DNA of 64,000 nt from Podarcis muralis (lineage: Eukaryota). How positions within the stretch are numbered: the stretch's first letter is position 1; the number at the start of each line of letters is the position of its first letter. The position numbers were made by a program, and so were the translations under genes. Shown here one piece after another: positions 62,106-64,000 of this stretch. The stretch covers positions 82,584,001 through 82,648,000 of the forward strand of contig NC_135655.1 of the NCBI RefSeq assembly GCF_964188315.1, given 5' to 3'. The notes under the pieces were generated by a model that saw only the letters and a list, made by a program, of their open reading frames with translations, was not told the DNA's origin and did no database searches.

Positions 62106-62199
62106 CATAGAATCATAGAATCATAGAGTTGGAATAGACCACAAGGGCCATCGAGTCCAACCCCCTGCCAAGCAGGAAACACCATCAGAGCACTCCTGA
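62106..62199 (-). mobile_element. CR1 3'-terminal fragment
   Basis: Same tail and 3' end as above, with a possible AAGGTT target-site duplication. Confidence 0.9.
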
Positions 62200-62673
62200 T
62201 AAGGTTCTTATCTTTGGCTGGATTGCACTTTATTTTTTAAAAAAAAAACATGCTTTTGCAGTTTGGTATATTTGATTATTATTATTATTATTATTTTGCA
62301 CAATATTTACATGCCGTTGATTGTAATAGAAGTTCAAAGCATTTTACAAAATATAGATCACTGCTGCTCCTTTGCTCTTTAATGGTGCCCCTAATCAACC
62401 ATCTCAAACTTGGGATGGGGGTTTAAATTTCATACTTCAGGAGCCAAATGACTACGGCTGACCATGTGACTCATATTCCAAGGTTTGAAAGAAGATAGTA
62501 AAATAATAATAATAATAAAAGCAAAAATAAAAAACCAACAACCCAGAACCCTGTACATATTTGCTTTCTCACACCACCATGTCTCTGTGTACCTAAAATT
62601 AATCTATGCGAATGAACTGACAAAATAAACTGTGTTTGTATTTTTGATGGGTTTGTGTAGCTTTATCCTATAT

Positions 62674-63039
62674 GTTGTTGTTGTTGTTAAGTCGTTTAGT
62701 TGTGTCCGACTCTTAGTGACCCCATGGACCAGAGCACGCCAGGCACTTCTGTCTTCCACTGCCTCCCGCAGTTTAGTCAAACTCATGTTTGTGGCTTCGA
62801 GAACACTGTCCAACCATCTCGTCCTCTGTCGTCCCCTTCTCCTTGTGCCCTCCATCTTTCCCAACATCAGGGTCTTTTCCAGGGAGTCTTCTCTTCTCAT
62901 GAGGTAGCCAAAGTATTGGAGCCTCAGCTTCAGAATCTGTCCTTCCAGTGAGCACTCAGGGCTGATTTCCTTCAGAATGGATAGGTTTGATCTTCTTGCA
63001 GTCCATGGGACTCTCAAGAGTCTCCTCCAGCACCATAAT
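62674..63039 (-). mobile_element. RTE-BovB LINE 3' fragment
   Basis: WCWRRLLRVPWTARRSNLSILKEI...GRQRTRWLD...HGVTKSRTQL and a (CAA)n tail. Confidence 0.92.
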
Positions 63040-63454
63040 ATACTAATAGCAAACTCATTCTTCAAGTGTGAGTCCTTATGAAGTCAAAAGGACCACACCT
63101 ACCAACAAGATGGAGGTAACAGCAGCCTTGGGGAAAACCCAAAATTTTAAGATGCCAAAAGGAAATACAGAGGAGGGAACAGCACAAAGAAGACTGGGCA
63201 TGGTCATGGAATGCTGACTGATTGTTGTGCAGGGGAAATGAAATCTTGGGGGAAATAGAATGGAGTATCCTGGGGAAAGGAATGGTTGCCTGGCTGGCTG
63301 CAACACTGAACACTCCATACTATTCACTCCAGACTGCAACATTTTGTTGCAGCTCATACTTGTTCTTCACTATTCAATATCTGGGAGAGGCTAACTAACT
63401 TTTGTATGATGTAGTTTGTCATAGTTCACAGTTCATAACAATAAAACAATGAAC

Positions 63455-63822
63455 AGAGTGGCGCTGTGGTCTAAACCACTGAGCCTCTTTGTTTTGCCAA
63501 TCAGAAGGTTGGCGGTTCGAATCCCTGCAATGGGGTGAACTCCTGTTGTTCTGTCGCAGCTCCTGCCAACCAAGCAGTCCGAAAGCATGCCAGTGCAAGT
63601 AAATAAATAGGTACCACTGCGGCAGGAAGGTAAACAGCGTTTCCATGAGCTCTGGCTTCCATCATGGTGTCCCGTTGCACCAGAAGCCGTTTAGTCATGC
63701 TGGCCACATGACCTAGAAAGCTGTCTGTGGACAAACGCTGGCTCCCTCTGCCTGAAAGCGAGATGAGCACCACAACCCCATAGTCGCCTTTGACTGGACT
63801 TAACCATCCAGGAGTCCTTTAC
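63455..63822 (+). mobile_element. Sauria-type SINE
   Basis: Same family, with A/B boxes and a CCTTTAC tail. Confidence 0.9.
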
Positions 63823-64000
63823 AATGAGCTTTTACAATGACTACTTCAATCGACACAAGATAATATCACCAAGGCAACTATCTGTAAACAAACAATAAAC
63901 ATGCATAAAAATGGCAAAAGTAGTTTATTTCAAAAATAAATTTTATCTTAAACAATTGCAAACACAATAATAAAGAGTCCACTTGTAATATACCAGTGGT

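Overview
Squamate reptile genomic DNA, most likely a lacertid-type lizard (inferred from Sauria-type SINEs, CR1, L2, RTE-BovB and hAT/Tigger MITEs). The window is part of a class II olfactory receptor (OR) cluster with 8 single-coding-exon ORs, all with open frames. Seven are OR5/OR8-type, including a very OR5I1-like gene and an inverted pair of OR5W/OR5AR-like paralogs; one is an OR2/OR13-type outlier. The intergenic DNA is dense with transposons: a Chapaev3-type (CMC) DNA transposon with an uninterrupted catalytic ORF, a decayed near-full-length L1, a 5'-truncated CR1, L2 and BovB fragments, a Penelope-like fragment carrying a hammerhead-like motif, a pile of LTRs with a Gypsy PBS/gag, and many SINEs and MITEs. 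The main structures not explained by simple annotation are (i) a 2.9-kb block copied from upstream of one OR to upstream of the next, with the second copy flanked by a 28-bp direct repeat, (ii) a promoter, first exon and splice acceptor conserved between the two inverted OR paralogs, and (iii) an OR whose stop codon comes from a SINE tail. All family assignments come from motif recognition without database searches. I found no evidence for a wholly new multi-gene system.
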